From Dehalococcoidia bacterium (GTDB lineage Bacteria > Chloroflexota > Dehalococcoidia > UBA6926), in NCBI GenBank assembly GCA_965204885.1, contig OZ242019.1, positions 109,521 to 173,520 on the forward strand: a stretch of 64,000 nucleotides of DNA, given 5' to 3'. The translations under genes and the position numbers were made by a program. Numbering within the stretch: the first letter of the stretch is position 1; the number at the start of each line of letters is the position of its first letter. Positions 32,521 to 42,408 of this stretch are shown one piece after another. The notes under the pieces were generated by a model. The model was not told the DNA's origin, searched no databases, and worked only from the letters and a program-made list of their open reading frames with translations.

Positions 32521-32543
32521 GTTATGATACTCAGTATCATGAC
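32521..32543. promoter_or_regulatory. Fur/Zur-family 7-1-7 operator (copy 2)
   Basis: GTTATGATACT-C-AGTATCATGAC, a near-perfect 23-bp palindrome whose core differs from copy 1 by one base. Confidence 0.65.
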
Positions 32544-32582
32544 TTGCCATGGCCTTACGCCCTTTCAGGAACGGGACTAAGC

Positions 32583-32612
32583 AGGATACCCAAGGCGCGA
32601 AAGAGGTGTCAA
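32583..32612 (-). promoter_or_regulatory. sigma70-type promoter for the zinc-binding lipoprotein
   Basis: TTGACA-N18-TATCCT on the minus strand. Confidence 0.5.
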
Positions 32613-32762
32613 CTTTATTGAGATTGGCATGCTTGTGGAGTCTCAATAACAGTGCGATTCGCGAAACAGCTTGTGCTGGATGGTAGGCTGATATTGCAAG
32701 AGCTTCCCGGCTCCATTTGGCGCCGACCGTGCGCCGAAATCGGTCACAGAAAGGACAGTTTC

Positions 32763-34061
32763 GTGCTCCGGCTGATACCCCCCGCCCCGCATCGGTTTGC
32801 GCGAAATCACCTGAGCATCGGAATTCTTCTAGCTGCGTCGATTGCTCTCGCAACACTCCTTTCCGGGTGCGCGGACGGTGGAGGCGACAACGCAGCAGCT
32901 ATCGATGCGCCCAGAAGTCAGCCCGCCGCATACACGCAGGCATATGTGCAGGCGGCTATTGATCGGTATGAGGATGACGGGCTTGACGACACCATCGACT
33001 ACTACAACTCAGACGAGAGTGTGGACGGCCAATGGTACATGTTCATCGCGGATGAGAATGAAAGCCTAATCGCGCACGGCGCGAATCAGGACCTTGTCGG
33101 AGTGCCCCTCAGCGACGTCAGAGGCGCAAACGATTACCCATCCGGCCAGATTGTGGCAGATGACGCGGATGAGGACGGTGAATGGTCCGTGTACATTTTC
33201 TTCAATCCGACGACCGGTCGTTCGCAGACGAAGCATTCATGGCTCGTTCGACATGACAATTTGATCTTTGGCTCCGGCTGGTATGAGGATGGCCCTCGCA
33301 AGTCCGAACAACCGGCCTACACGCAAGAGTATGTCCACCAAGCGATCAATCTCTACGACGCCTCGGGCCGTGATGTGCTTGTTGGCTATTACAACGATCC
33401 CGTCAGCGTTGACGGTCAATGGTACATGTTCATCGCCGATGAAAGCGGGCGCCTCATCGCGCATGGCGCAAACCAAGATCTCGTTGGCGTGCCGCTCGCC
33501 GATGTCGTCGGAGCGAATGGCTATCCGTCGGGTCGGATAGCGCATGACGAGGCGGATGAGGACGGCGAGTGGTCCGTATACACCTTCTTCAATCCTGCTA
33601 CGGGCCGCTCACAGATCAAGCACTCCTGGCTTGTCAAACATGATGGACTCATCTTCGGTTCAGGCTGGTATGAGGACGGCCCGCGCAAGTCGGAACAACC
33701 CGCCTATACGCAAGCTCTGGTTCAACAGGCTATGAATCTGTATGACTCTTCCGGTCTTGATGCGACACTCGAGTATTACAACGACCCCATAAACGTGGAC
33801 GGGCCGTGGTACGGAATCGTCATCGATACCGAGACGGGCAAGACCATTGGCCACTACCGCCCCGAAATACGGGATCGTGACCCTTCTGAACGCGTCGATT
33901 CAACAGGGTATTTCTACGGAGATGATCTGCTGGGCGCAACGGAAGAGGGTCGGTGGGTCCGGTATGTATTCAGAGATCCTGCGACCGGAGAAGAGCGCGC
34001 CAAGCACACGTGGGCCGTTCTGCACGACGGCTACATCTTCGCGTCCGGCTGGTACGAATAG
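32763..34061 (+). CDS. Lipoprotein made of three tandem single-Cache domains
   Basis: GTG after AGAAAGGA; lipobox LLSGC; three ~129-aa repeats (WY.F/I...H...Y.F.NP..G....KH.W...HD..IF.SGWYE); no TM or output domain. Confidence 0.8.
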   Translation: MLRLIPPAPHRFARNHLSIGILLAASIALATLLSGCADGGGDNAAAIDAPRSQPAAYTQAYVQAAIDRYEDDGLDDTIDYYNSDESVDGQWYMFIADENESLIAHGANQDLVGVPLSDVRGANDYPSGQIVADDADEDGEWSVYIFFNPTTGRSQTKHSWLVRHDNLIFGSGWYEDGPRKSEQPAYTQEYVHQAINLYDASGRDVLVGYYNDPVSVDGQWYMFIADESGRLIAHGANQDLVGVPLADVVGANGYPSGRIAHDEADEDGEWSVYTFFNPATGRSQIKHSWLVKHDGLIFGSGWYEDGPRKSEQPAYTQALVQQAMNLYDSSGLDATLEYYNDPINVDGPWYGIVIDTETGKTIGHYRPEIRDRDPSERVDSTGYFYGDDLLGATEEGRWVRYVFRDPATGEERAKHTWAVLHDGYIFASGWYE

Positions 34062-34075
34062 CGCCTGCGGGTTCG

Positions 34076-34330
34076 TTAGTTCAGGCCCAGGGCGGCGCTG
34101 AGTTCCTTATCGGAGGGTTCAGCAAGAACGCGTCCGCCGGGCAGAACGATTGTCGGAACAACCTGCATCCCGTTGTTCAGGTGTCGCACCGTGTCCGCCG
34201 CCTCCGGCACTTCCTCGATGTTGATCCAGGTGTACTTGACGTTGTGCTTATCAAGCAGGCGCTTTGAACGCGCGCAGTCCGGGCACCACGTCGTCGCATA
34301 CATCAGGATTTCCGCTTCGGTTTGCGTCAT
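34076..34330 (-). CDS. Mycoredoxin/NrdH-like glutaredoxin
   Basis: MYATTWCPDC and NNGMQVVPT motifs. Confidence 0.88.
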   Translation of the reverse strand: MTQTEAEILMYATTWCPDCARSKRLLDKHNVKYTWINIEEVPEAADTVRHLNNGMQVVPTIVLPGGRVLAEPSDKELSAALGLN

Positions 34331-34395
34331 TTAGGGTCTCCTTGTTGGCTTGGGTTAGTGCGTCGTACGTACTCAGTGTATTGGGGGCAGCAACC

Positions 34396-35343
34396 CTAGA
34401 TATCCATTTGCTTCCCTCTGCCCTGTTCCAATGCAGCGCGGTATACGTGCGTCGCCAGCGCAACATCCCACAGCCCGATGCCGTGCGACTCAAAGAGCGT
34501 GATGTCGCTGTCCGAACCGCGGACGGATTGGCCACCTGCAACAACATCTCCAAGCTCAGGCAGCCTGGCCAAATCAACGATCCCCCGCTCGATGGGCTCC
34601 TGGAGGTCGCCGCTCTCCAGCGCAGTCTGCTCACGGTCATCAACGACTATGGTGTCCGCCCTTGTGACGGCCTCCAAATCAATCTCACGGCGGAGCAGCG
34701 AGTTGGAGCCGATGGCATTCACATGAGCCCCTGCCCTGAGCCACTCGCCTTTCAACACTGGCGAAGACGCGTTCGTCGCCGTAATCACGATGTCGGCCTC
34801 GCCGGCAGCTTGGGCATTGTCCACCGGCTCCACCGGAACCCCCACCCGCTCACCCATCCGCTCCGCGAACGTTGTGCGCCTGTTCTCATCTCGCCCGTAA
34901 GCGAACACACGGGACACGTTTCGAACGGCGCACACCGCTGACACCTGCGTCCGCGCCTGCGTGCCCGTTCCGATAATTCCGACGGTCTGGGCGGCATCCT
35001 TCCGCGCCATGTACTTTGTCGCGACGCCGCTGGCCGCGCCGGTTCTCAGCGTGCCGAGCCAATTCGCCTGGATGATTGCCGCGAGTTTGCGTTCATTCAT
35101 ATCGTAGAGGAGAACATGGACTGCACCGGCAGCGTAGAACGCCGTCTTGAATCCCAGGAAACCGGTTTCAGCGTCCCCGCCCGGCATGATAGCGACGGCC
35201 CCGTGCGGAGCCCGGAGGCGACGGCGTGGATCGTTTACCGCCCTGCCCGCCCCCTGGTTCCTGTGGGCGCTTTCCAGCGCGTTGATCGCGTCCTCCATCG
35301 ACGCAAGATCACGGACATCCTGTTCAGTTAGCAGCAGCGGCAC
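34396..35343 (-). CDS. Ornithine cyclodeaminase/mu-crystallin family protein
   Basis: LRTGAASGVA, GTGTQA, HVNAIGS and FESHGIGLWD motifs. Confidence 0.9.
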   Translation of the reverse strand: MPLLLTEQDVRDLASMEDAINALESAHRNQGAGRAVNDPRRRLRAPHGAVAIMPGGDAETGFLGFKTAFYAAGAVHVLLYDMNERKLAAIIQANWLGTLRTGAASGVATKYMARKDAAQTVGIIGTGTQARTQVSAVCAVRNVSRVFAYGRDENRRTTFAERMGERVGVPVEPVDNAQAAGEADIVITATNASSPVLKGEWLRAGAHVNAIGSNSLLRREIDLEAVTRADTIVVDDREQTALESGDLQEPIERGIVDLARLPELGDVVAGGQSVRGSDSDITLFESHGIGLWDVALATHVYRAALEQGRGKQMDI

Positions 35344-35358
35344 GCAACACCTCCTCTT

Positions 35359-35384
35359 GCCATATGGAGCGCAGCGAAGAATCT
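35359..35384 (+). repeat. Degenerate GTCATTCTGAGCGCAGCGAAGAATC-type repeat
   Basis: Shares GAGCGCAGCGAAGAATC with the copy at 62885-62910. Confidence 0.6.
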
Positions 35385-35508
35385 ACCTGTTTCCTGTATG
35401 GTACGCGGACTGGCCGCCAAATTGACACGCTCGAACGGCGAACGGACAATGGGGCAACGCCCTACCCGACGGCGGGTGGCGCGGATCACAAGGCGGGGGA
35501 GGCAGACA

Positions 35509-36903
35509 ATGGCGCAAGCGAAGACGATCGGGGAACTCAGGCAGAGCGAATACCGTGTCCTGAACGTCAAAGACGAGCTTCGCAAGAACCTCGTGGGGCG
35601 GATTCGGTCCGGCGAGGAACTGTTCCCTGGCATCGTTGGCTATGAGGAAACGGTTCTGCCGCAGATCGAGAACGCCATCCTCTCCGGACAGGACATCATC
35701 CTGCTTGGCGAGCGGGGGCAGGCCAAGACTCGCATCATCCGCGCGCTCGTCGGCCTCCTCGATCCCGAAGTGCCAGTCATCGAGGGCTGCGAGATCAATT
35801 GCAGCCCCTACCATCCCACCTGCAGCTCTTGCCTTGTACGTGTGGCGGAGGATGGAGACTCTGCCTCTATCGCGTGGCTGCCCCGCGAGCGCAGGTACGG
35901 TGAGAAACTCGCCACTCCGGACATCACCATTGCAGACCTCATCGGCGAGGTCGACCCAATCAAGGTGGCGGAGGGACGCTATCTCTCGGACGAGTTCACC
36001 ATTCATTACGGCCTCATCCCACGAACCAATCGCGGCATCTTCTGCATCAACGAGCTGCCTGACCTTTCGGAGCGCATACAGGTCGGCATGTTCAACATCA
36101 TGGAAGAGCGCGACGTGCAGATTAAGGGGTACAAGGTGCAGCTTCCGCTGGACCTGTTCCTGATTGCGAGCGCGAACCCGGAGGACTACACCAACCGCGG
36201 GCGGATCATCACCCCGCTCAAGGACCGGTTCGGCGCGCAGATTCGCACCCACTATCCCAAGACGCTCGAGCATGAGATTGAAATCATGGACGCAGAGCGC
36301 GAACCGATTGCAGACGTCGGCGTGACGCTGACCATGCCGCATTTCATGAAGGAAACCGTCGCCGAGTTTACTAATCTTGCCCGCAAGAGCGGCGACGTGA
36401 ACCAGCGCTCCGGCGTCAGCGTGCGCGTATCCATCGGCAACTATGAGACCATCTCCTCCAACGCCGTGCGCCGCGCCCTCCGTCTCAAGGAGAAAGAGGC
36501 CGTGCCGCGCGTCAGCGACATGTCTTACTTCCTCACGTCGACGGCGGGCAAGGTTGAGCTGGAAAGCGTGGAAGAGGGCCGTGAGCCGCGCATCATCGAG
36601 GAGTTGACCAAGCGGGCGGTTCTCAACACCTTCAACAGCCATTTCTCCGTCAACGAGTTCGACGCCATCATCAGGCGCTTTGACGAGGGTCTGTCCATCG
36701 ATACGGGCGACATGATTCCCTCCAAGAACCTGGCCGGCTGGCTCAAGGACCTGCCGGAGCTGAAGGACGCGGCGAATCGGCTTGACGTCAAGCGCTCGGT
36801 AGCGGCGCAGGCGTCGGTCGTGGAGTTCGTACTGGACGGGCTGCACCTCAGCAGGAAGATCAATAAAGACCGACACGAAGGTGGCTACCGCTATCGCGGC
36901 TGA
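35509..36903 (+). CDS. Mg-chelatase-like AAA+ ATPase (Rv0958 type)
   Basis: GERGQAKT, INELPDL and SANPEDYTNRGRIITPLKDRFG motifs; adjacent to a VWA gene. Confidence 0.88.
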   Translation: MAQAKTIGELRQSEYRVLNVKDELRKNLVGRIRSGEELFPGIVGYEETVLPQIENAILSGQDIILLGERGQAKTRIIRALVGLLDPEVPVIEGCEINCSPYHPTCSSCLVRVAEDGDSASIAWLPRERRYGEKLATPDITIADLIGEVDPIKVAEGRYLSDEFTIHYGLIPRTNRGIFCINELPDLSERIQVGMFNIMEERDVQIKGYKVQLPLDLFLIASANPEDYTNRGRIITPLKDRFGAQIRTHYPKTLEHEIEIMDAEREPIADVGVTLTMPHFMKETVAEFTNLARKSGDVNQRSGVSVRVSIGNYETISSNAVRRALRLKEKEAVPRVSDMSYFLTSTAGKVELESVEEGREPRIIEELTKRAVLNTFNSHFSVNEFDAIIRRFDEGLSIDTGDMIPSKNLAGWLKDLPELKDAANRLDVKRSVAAQASVVEFVLDGLHLSRKINKDRHEGGYRYRG

Positions 36904-36911
36904 GGCAGCTC

Positions 36912-38960
36912 GTGGCGCCCATCTACCGGTTTTCTCGTTGGGACGGCACTCAGCTGCTGGACGAAGCAGCCGATGAAGCTTTACTGAACGAGCTAATGGA
37001 CGATGTTCTCGCTCGTGGAGACATCGACTCATCCCTCCGATCAATCATGCGGAGGGGCACGCATCCGCGTGACAGTGACGTCGACGTGCAGGGCATGGAC
37101 GATATGCTCCGCCGCCTGCGTGAACAACGGCAGGAAATCCTCCGCAAGCACGATCTCGGCAGCCTGTTGGACGATCTCCGCAACAGGCTAAAAGAGGTCA
37201 TCGACACGGAACGGCAGGGCATAGAGGAACGGGTGGCGGCGGCTGAGTCGGCGATTGAGAATCCCCCGGCCGGCATAGACCCCGAAACCGCGGCCCGCCT
37301 CGCCGAACGCGTCAAGGACATGGCGCAGAAGAATGAAGCGACGCTGAATGCCCTGCCCGACAACCTCGGCGACGCCGTCCGGGAACTCAACGATTACGAG
37401 TTCATGGAGCCGGAGGCGCAGCGCATGTTCGAGGAGCTGAAGAGCCTCATCCAGCAGCAATTCGTCGACCGGCAGTTCTCCGACCTCCGCGAAAACCTTG
37501 AGAACATCACACAGCAGGATCTAGACGCCGCCGCGCAGATGATGCGGGAACTCAACGGCATGTTGCAGCGGCACATCCGCGGCGACGAAGACACGGGGTT
37601 CGACGAATTCATGGAGCGATGGGGAAATGCTTTTGGCGAATCGCCGCCGCAGGACATTGAGCAGCTCATCGACCAACTCCAGGAACAGGCCCAGCAGGCG
37701 CAGTCACTGATGAGCAGCCTCTCGCCGAATCAGCGCCAACAGCTGCAGGACATGATCTCCGGCATGTTGGACAACCCTCAACTGGCCCAACAGATGACCG
37801 AACTGCAAGCAAATCTTGACATGCTGCGCGTTGGCGGAGAATTCGGAAGGCAGTTCAGGTTCAGCGGCGATCAGCCCGTCGCCCTGCAGGATGCCCTCAA
37901 CCTGATGGACGAGCTGAACCGCATGGACAACCTTGAGGACGATCTCAAGCGGGCGCTGTACGGCGGAGGCAGCATCGACCAGGTTGACCCGCAGCAGGTC
38001 AGTGAAATCCTGGGCGAGGACGCGGAGCAGTCGCTGGAAAAGCTGCGGCAGTTGGCGGAGCGTGCCGTTGAAGAGGGGCTGCTTCGGACGTCGGAAGACG
38101 GTTCGCACGAGTTCACGGCACGCGGCATCCGCAAGATCGGCGAGAAGGCGTTGGCTGAGATATTCGGCTACCTCAGGCGCACCTACACCGGCCGGCATGA
38201 CGCGCGTATCCAGGGACGCGGTGGAGAGGCGACCGAAGCCACCCGGCCTTATCAATACGGCGATGAGTTCAACGTCGATCTGCGCCGCACTGTGCAGTCG
38301 GCGGTCATGCGCAGTGGCAACGGGGTGCCTGTGCGCCTTGAGGCGGACGACTTCCAGGTCCGCGAGACGGAGGACATGGCGCAGGCATCCACGGTGCTGC
38401 TAATCGACCTCAGCCTGTCCATGGCGATGCGCGGAAACTTCGTGATGGCAAAGAAAGTCGCGTTGGCGCTGGACACGCTGATTCGGACACAGTTCAGCCG
38501 AGACAGCCTGTACGTGGTGGGATTCTCAACCTATGCGCGGGAGATGAAGCCGGAGACCCTCGCCTACCTGAGCTGGGACGAGTTCGAGCCGTACACGAAC
38601 ATCCAGCATGGGCTGGTCGTGGCCCAAAAACTGCTGGCACGGCACTCAGGCGGCAACAAGCAAATCATCATGGTCTCAGACGGGGAGCCGACGGCGCACA
38701 TCGAGAACGGCCGCATCTTCCTGCAATACCCGCCAAGCCCGCGCACCATCCAGGAGACGCTGAAAGAAGTGTCGCGCACCACGCGGGCGGGCATCTCCAT
38801 CAACACGTTCATGCTGGAACAGAACCCGTACCTGATGGAATTCGTGGACCAGATCACGAGGATCAACAAGGGGCGCGTCTTCTACACGTCGCCGGAGCGG
38901 CTTGGCGAATACATCGTGGTGGACTACTACACCAACCGCCGCCGCTCCATCATCTCTTAG
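36912..38960 (+). CDS. VWA-domain protein (Rv0959 type)
   Basis: YRFSRWDGTQ N-terminus, a coiled region, and MIDAS residues DLSLS, TN and SDGEP. Confidence 0.88.
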   Translation: MAPIYRFSRWDGTQLLDEAADEALLNELMDDVLARGDIDSSLRSIMRRGTHPRDSDVDVQGMDDMLRRLREQRQEILRKHDLGSLLDDLRNRLKEVIDTERQGIEERVAAAESAIENPPAGIDPETAARLAERVKDMAQKNEATLNALPDNLGDAVRELNDYEFMEPEAQRMFEELKSLIQQQFVDRQFSDLRENLENITQQDLDAAAQMMRELNGMLQRHIRGDEDTGFDEFMERWGNAFGESPPQDIEQLIDQLQEQAQQAQSLMSSLSPNQRQQLQDMISGMLDNPQLAQQMTELQANLDMLRVGGEFGRQFRFSGDQPVALQDALNLMDELNRMDNLEDDLKRALYGGGSIDQVDPQQVSEILGEDAEQSLEKLRQLAERAVEEGLLRTSEDGSHEFTARGIRKIGEKALAEIFGYLRRTYTGRHDARIQGRGGEATEATRPYQYGDEFNVDLRRTVQSAVMRSGNGVPVRLEADDFQVRETEDMAQASTVLLIDLSLSMAMRGNFVMAKKVALALDTLIRTQFSRDSLYVVGFSTYAREMKPETLAYLSWDEFEPYTNIQHGLVVAQKLLARHSGGNKQIIMVSDGEPTAHIENGRIFLQYPPSPRTIQETLKEVSRTTRAGISINTFMLEQNPYLMEFVDQITRINKGRVFYTSPERLGEYIVVDYYTNRRRSIIS

Positions 38961-38968
38961 CCCTCACC

Positions 38969-38995
38969 CGTCATTCCGGCGAAGGCCGGAATCCA
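38969..38995 (+). repeat. CGTC-type REP-like palindrome
   Basis: CGTCATTCCGGCGAAGGCCGGAATCCA. Confidence 0.85.
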
Positions 38996-39027
38996 TCCCG
39001 CCGCCCGAAAGGACGGCCTAGACCCCC

Positions 39028-39342
39028 CTAAGGCAGCGGTGAGAACGGCAGCGGGTTCAGGATGTGGTTCGTGATGTGGGAGACCGTTTCGCCGTACTTC
39101 TCCATCGACTTGGGCCATTCGGAGTCGGCGTAGAACGCAGCCCACGCCGCCTCTCGCGCCTCCCAGCTCTCCCACGCAAGCAGGTAGATCACCCGATGTG
39201 GAATCCCCACATCCTCTCGCCAATATCCGACGGCGCGAAAGCCGTGCTTCTCAAACATACCGGTCGTCACGTTCGCGAACCTGTCGATCAGATCGTTTAT
39301 CCGTGATGTATGCGCCTCGTACTGCCGCAATTCATAGAACAT
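39028..39342 (-). CDS. NIPSNAP family protein
   Basis: MFYELRQY, YLLAWES..AREAAW and LNPLPFSP motifs. Confidence 0.88.
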   Translation of the reverse strand: MFYELRQYEAHTSRINDLIDRFANVTTGMFEKHGFRAVGYWREDVGIPHRVIYLLAWESWEAREAAWAAFYADSEWPKSMEKYGETVSHITNHILNPLPFSPLP

Positions 39343-39367
39343 CTCTAAACGGGCCTCCTACCCTCCC

Positions 39368-39397
39368 CGTCATTCCCGTGCTTGACACGGGAATCCA
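39368..39397 (+). repeat. CGTC-type REP-like palindrome
   Basis: CGTCATTCCCGTGCTTGACACGGGAATCCA. Confidence 0.85.
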
Positions 39398-39420
39398 CCA
39401 CGAGTCAACACGCACTGCAA

Positions 39421-39846
39421 TTAGTCCCCGCTTGGATCAACTGGCAATCCTGCGCCGGTGGCGACTTCCCACAGGAATCCGTCCGGGTCTGCAAAGTAGC
39501 CGGAATAGCCGCCCCAGAAGACCTCTTCCGCCGGCTTGACGATGCGCGCCCCGGCTGATTCGGCAAGGCGCAGAACTGCATCGACTTCCTCGCGCGATGC
39601 AACGTTGTGAGCGATGGTGAATCCGTGCAGGGCCGGTTGGGGTGTCCCCTTCAGTTCCGGGCGGCCAATATCCTCGGCCAGGTCGTCACGTGAATACAGG
39701 GAAAGCATGATGTCGTTCAGTGCAAAGAACGTGATCTCATCCCCGCCCGCCTCATGCACGGGAAAGCCCAGCCCGTCCCGGTAGAAAACCGTTGAGCGCG
39801 CCAGGTCCGAGACGCCGAGAGTGATGATGCTGATTCTGGGTTCCAT
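39421..39846 (-). CDS. VOC/glyoxalase family protein
   Basis: ISIITLGVSDL and FWGGYSGYFADPDGFLWEV motifs. Confidence 0.9.
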   Translation of the reverse strand: MEPRISIITLGVSDLARSTVFYRDGLGFPVHEAGGDEITFFALNDIMLSLYSRDDLAEDIGRPELKGTPQPALHGFTIAHNVASREEVDAVLRLAESAGARIVKPAEEVFWGGYSGYFADPDGFLWEVATGAGLPVDPSGD

Positions 39847-39918
39847 CCGACTGTGTCCTCCGTCATTGGTCTTTTGCTCACGTGAGCGTATAGCCGCATG
39901 GTTCAGGGCTGCAAACTG

Positions 39919-42369
39919 CTAACCGCCGGACATTGGATCCACGTCCACTGTCCAGCCGGGGGGCAGGGCAATCGTTTCCAGCAGCTCCGTCGGCTCATCG
40001 GCAATGATCGTAACTTGCCAGCGGTAGCGTCCGCGCAGCCGCTCCCACGGAGCAGGTGCGGGGCCGATGACCCGGGTGTTCATCATGCCGCGCGAGCGAA
40101 TCTCAGCACGCAGCGCCCGCGCCAACTGTCCCGCGGCCTCCTGCGCGTCTCGTCGCGATGTTCGCACGCACGTCAGCCGCGCCATGCGGCTGTACGGCGG
40201 GTAGCGCAGCTGCCGCCGGAACTGTGTTTCCTCCAGGTAAAACTGTCGATAATCCTGTGCCGCCGCGGCCTGTATTGCCTGGTTCTCCGGCTCATACGTC
40301 TGGACGATTACGCGGCCAGGCGCATGGCCTCTCCCCGCCCTGCCTGCCACTTGACAGAGCAGCTGAAAGACCCTCTCCGAAGCACGAAAATCCGGCGCGT
40401 GCAGCCCGATATCCGCGTTCACCACGCCGACGACCGTGACACCGGGGAGATCAAGCCCCTTGGCAATCATCTGCGTGCCGACAAGGATATCGGCGCGCCC
40501 ATTCGCAAATTCCCCGAGGATCGGCTCATGTCCCCGCGCCTCAGTCACCGCATCTCGATCCCACCGGATGACGCGTGCCCCCGGAAATGCCGCAACCGCC
40601 TCCTCGGCGACACGTTCCGTGCCCACACCGATGGCCCGGATGGTGTTGCGCCGGCAGCTTGGGCAACGGGTGGGGGAGCGCCGTCTGTCGCCGCATAAGT
40701 GGCACACGATGCGCTCATCCGCGTGGTATGTCATCACCGTCGTACAGCGGCGGCACCGCATCGTATGGCCGCATGCCCGGCACTGCACGGCCTGCCCCGC
40801 CCCGCGCCGATTCACGAACAGGATCGCCTGCTCTCCCCGCCCCAAGGCATCGTTCATCGCTACCCGCAGCGCTCGGGAGAAGATGCTGCGGTTGCCCTCC
40901 ATCAGCTCCTGCCGCAAATCGACAATGTCCACGTCCGCAAGGGGCCGCTCCGTCCATCCTGTGTCGCCGCCGTCCTCAGCCGCCGTAATTCGTCCGGGGA
41001 GTTCCAGCAGGGTGATCTCAGTCCGCAGAGCGGCGTACATCGTGCCAACGTCAGGCGTCGCGCTGCCAAGCACTACTACGGCGTTCTCGCAGCGAGCACG
41101 CTCGATGGCCACATCGCGGGCGTGGTAGCGGGGAGCGGGCGACTCCTGCTTGTACGTCCACTCCTGCTCCTCGTCCACGACAATCAGGCCGACGTCCGGC
41201 ATGGGGGCAAGAGCGGCGCTCCGCGAGCCGATGACGATATCGAACTGCCCCTCTGCGATGCTGCGCCATTCGTCATACCTCTCCCGCAGCGTCAGCCCGC
41301 TGTGGAGGACGGCAACACGACCGGGGAATCGTTCCCAGAACCGACCGATCGTCTGCGGCGTCAGCGCGATCTCCGGCACGAGCATGATGCCCCGCCTGCC
41401 CTTCTCAATCACGTGCCGGAACGCCTGCAGGTACACCTCCGTCTTGCCGCTCCCCGTCACGCCGTGAAGCAGATAAACGTCGGACCCACCGTCATTGATG
41501 CTCGCCGTCACGTGATTCAGCGCGTCTTTCTGGTGAGGAGTGAGTTGGAAATCAGCCACCGGAGAAGCCGCCTCCCGCGCAGCGAGAGGGTTACGCCGCG
41601 TCTCGCGCTGCTCCAGGGTGATGACACCTGTCTCCGCAAGCGCATCCCATGATCTGCGCGACGCTCCGGAAACGCGGCGCAGGTCTGAAAGGCTCTCACC
41701 CCGGTTGGCGGCGAGCGCCTCCAACGCATCCGCTTGCCGAAACGCCCCAGACGTTCGCAACTCCTTTGCCTTTGTTCTCAACTGATCCAGTGGAATTGCC
41801 GCCTCGACAAAAGTTTCCATGCGTGGAGAGATGCGCGGCCCTTCCCATACCTCGGATGCGTCGAGATAGCCCCTGCCCGTCAGCGCCGTCACGTCGCGAC
41901 CCGCGCGCGCCCCGAACTCGTCTCGGATGGCGGCGGTGGTCGTCTCACCGGCGTCCAGAACGAAATCCAGTATCTCCGCGCGCCGTGGTGAAACGTTCTC
42001 GATTGCGTCCCGCCCCGCCTCCGTCACCCGCACGATGATCGTCTGCCGCTGCTCGAATGCCGGCGGCAGCATGAGACGGTAGGCCGTATAGAGATCGGTA
42101 TGGTAATAGGCTGCCATCCACTCACCCAGCCCGATGAGCGGCTCTGCGATAACCGGGGAATCGGCGACAAGTGACTCGATAGGGCGCGTTCGGGAATACC
42201 CCGGTTCGTCCGTGATTTCCAGCACGATGCCCTGGAACGTGTGCCGACCGAACGGGACGATGACACCGTGCCCCGCCTGCACGCGGTCGGCAAGCTCATC
42301 CGGTATCGAATAACTGTAGGATCGCCGCCCCGCGCCCGGCGCGTTCACCGCTACCTTCGCGTACGCCAC
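39919..42369 (-). CDS. priA: Primosomal protein N'
   Basis: GVTGSGKT, VPEIALT, four CxxC pairs, QMIAKG and QVAGRAGR. Motif II is DEEQ rather than DEEH. Confidence 0.95.
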   Translation of the reverse strand: MAYAKVAVNAPGAGRRSYSYSIPDELADRVQAGHGVIVPFGRHTFQGIVLEITDEPGYSRTRPIESLVADSPVIAEPLIGLGEWMAAYYHTDLYTAYRLMLPPAFEQRQTIIVRVTEAGRDAIENVSPRRAEILDFVLDAGETTTAAIRDEFGARAGRDVTALTGRGYLDASEVWEGPRISPRMETFVEAAIPLDQLRTKAKELRTSGAFRQADALEALAANRGESLSDLRRVSGASRRSWDALAETGVITLEQRETRRNPLAAREAASPVADFQLTPHQKDALNHVTASINDGGSDVYLLHGVTGSGKTEVYLQAFRHVIEKGRRGIMLVPEIALTPQTIGRFWERFPGRVAVLHSGLTLRERYDEWRSIAEGQFDIVIGSRSAALAPMPDVGLIVVDEEQEWTYKQESPAPRYHARDVAIERARCENAVVVLGSATPDVGTMYAALRTEITLLELPGRITAAEDGGDTGWTERPLADVDIVDLRQELMEGNRSIFSRALRVAMNDALGRGEQAILFVNRRGAGQAVQCRACGHTMRCRRCTTVMTYHADERIVCHLCGDRRRSPTRCPSCRRNTIRAIGVGTERVAEEAVAAFPGARVIRWDRDAVTEARGHEPILGEFANGRADILVGTQMIAKGLDLPGVTVVGVVNADIGLHAPDFRASERVFQLLCQVAGRAGRGHAPGRVIVQTYEPENQAIQAAAAQDYRQFYLEETQFRRQLRYPPYSRMARLTCVRTSRRDAQEAAGQLARALRAEIRSRGMMNTRVIGPAPAPWERLRGRYRWQVTIIADEPTELLETIALPPGWTVDVDPMSGG

Positions 42370-42408
42370 TACACCGACCCCGCGTGCACAGTAGTAATGC
42401 TTGGCCGG

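Noticed and set aside
35509-36903. Magnesium chelatase / photosynthesis gene
   Set aside because: No chlH/bchH or pigment genes are nearby, and the motifs and VWA partner fit the generic Rv0958/0959-type pair.
35383-37044. 553-aa minus-strand ORF
   Set aside because: Antisense shadow of the AAA+ ATPase gene.
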